Assembly: GCA_963845145.1 (NCBI GenBank)
Contig: CAWJQU010000003.1
Span: 241,476-305,475, forward strand
Length of the DNA: 64,000 bases
Direction of reading: 5' to 3'
Source of the DNA: an uncultured delta proteobacterium
GTDB lineage: Bacteria; Desulfobacterota; Desulfobacteria; Desulfobacterales; QNYZ01
Shown: in pieces, positions 63,657 through 64,000 of the stretch
How positions within the stretch are numbered: position 1 is the stretch's first letter
Layout of the letters: the number at the start of each line of letters is the position of its first letter
Notes under the pieces: model-generated
Seen by the model: only the letters and a program-made list of their open reading frames with translations
Databases searched by the model: none
What the model was told of the DNA's origin: nothing
Program-made: the position numbers and the translations under genes

Positions 63657-63732
63657 GTTGCCTCCTGGTTGGATGGGTGGATTGGGATAGCTTGCCAATA
63701 TCACAATTCAGCCAAAACTGCATGTATGTTTA

Positions 63733-63920
63733 ACCTAAGTTGAGCGATTTTTTGCGAAGCTATGTGCCAAGAAATTGAGATGATAAGGTTTTCAAAAAAC
63801 GGAGGTGCCCCGTAGGAAATGCCCTTGGGGTGCATACCCGTTGGATATGCCGAGTATTTTTGAAAGCCTTAGCGCTCAATAGATTGGTGCAGAACGAGTA
63901 AATAATCGCTCAATTTAGGT
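63733..63920. mobile_element. 188-bp palindromic MITE with TTA duplication
   Basis: ACCTAAGTTGAGCGATT ... AATCGCTCAATTTAGGT; internal arms also pair; TTA at 63730-63732 and 63921-63923. Confidence 0.78.
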
Positions 63921-64000
63921 TTAAGATACCTTAACCGCGGACTGTTGCCAATATTCATCGGTTAGGACAGATTGAAAATCGCATAATAATATTTCTGATA

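Noticed and set aside
62337..63743. Plus-strand ORFs up to 237 aa
   Set aside because: Antisense shadows of the GC-rich GMP synthase-like gene

Overview
Mostly core chromosome of an anaerobic deltaproteobacterium; gene content (ahbC-hemB-ahbD, a selenoprotein, PilZ proteins) suggests a Desulfobacterales-like sulfate reducer, which is an inference. Housekeeping blocks: secF-dprA-topA, prmA plus a nuclease-helicase, glk-GH63, birA-bioY-ECF, ahbC-hemB-ahbD, ptsH-ptsI-smpB, tmRNA, tRNA-Lys and tRNA-Glu. Two accessory zones. Zone 1 (about 28.7-34.4 kb, beside tRNA-Glu) holds a RAYT transposase in complementary fragments, a TTA-targeting palindromic MITE whose empty site is also in the window, a truncated toxin-antitoxin pair and a secreted Cys-rich protein. 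Zone 2 (after tmRNA) holds GIY-YIG and RhuM relics, an attC-bounded cassette encoding an archaeal-type GMP synthase subunit B, and a second MITE. Strongest candidates for undescribed biology: (a) tRNA-Glu flanked by tandem half-copies whose anticodon arm is replaced by a TCCCGCTT-N4-AAGCGGGA palindrome; (b) a UGA-recoded Sec-rhodanese/diiron fusion in an apparent operon with a SelD-N-terminal-like flavoprotein and an atypical thioredoxin reductase; (c) the GMP synthase cassette; (d) an in-frame PerR-catalase deletion chimera. Clustered single-base indels in three genes may be assembly errors. All family calls come from motif recognition by eye, with no database searches.
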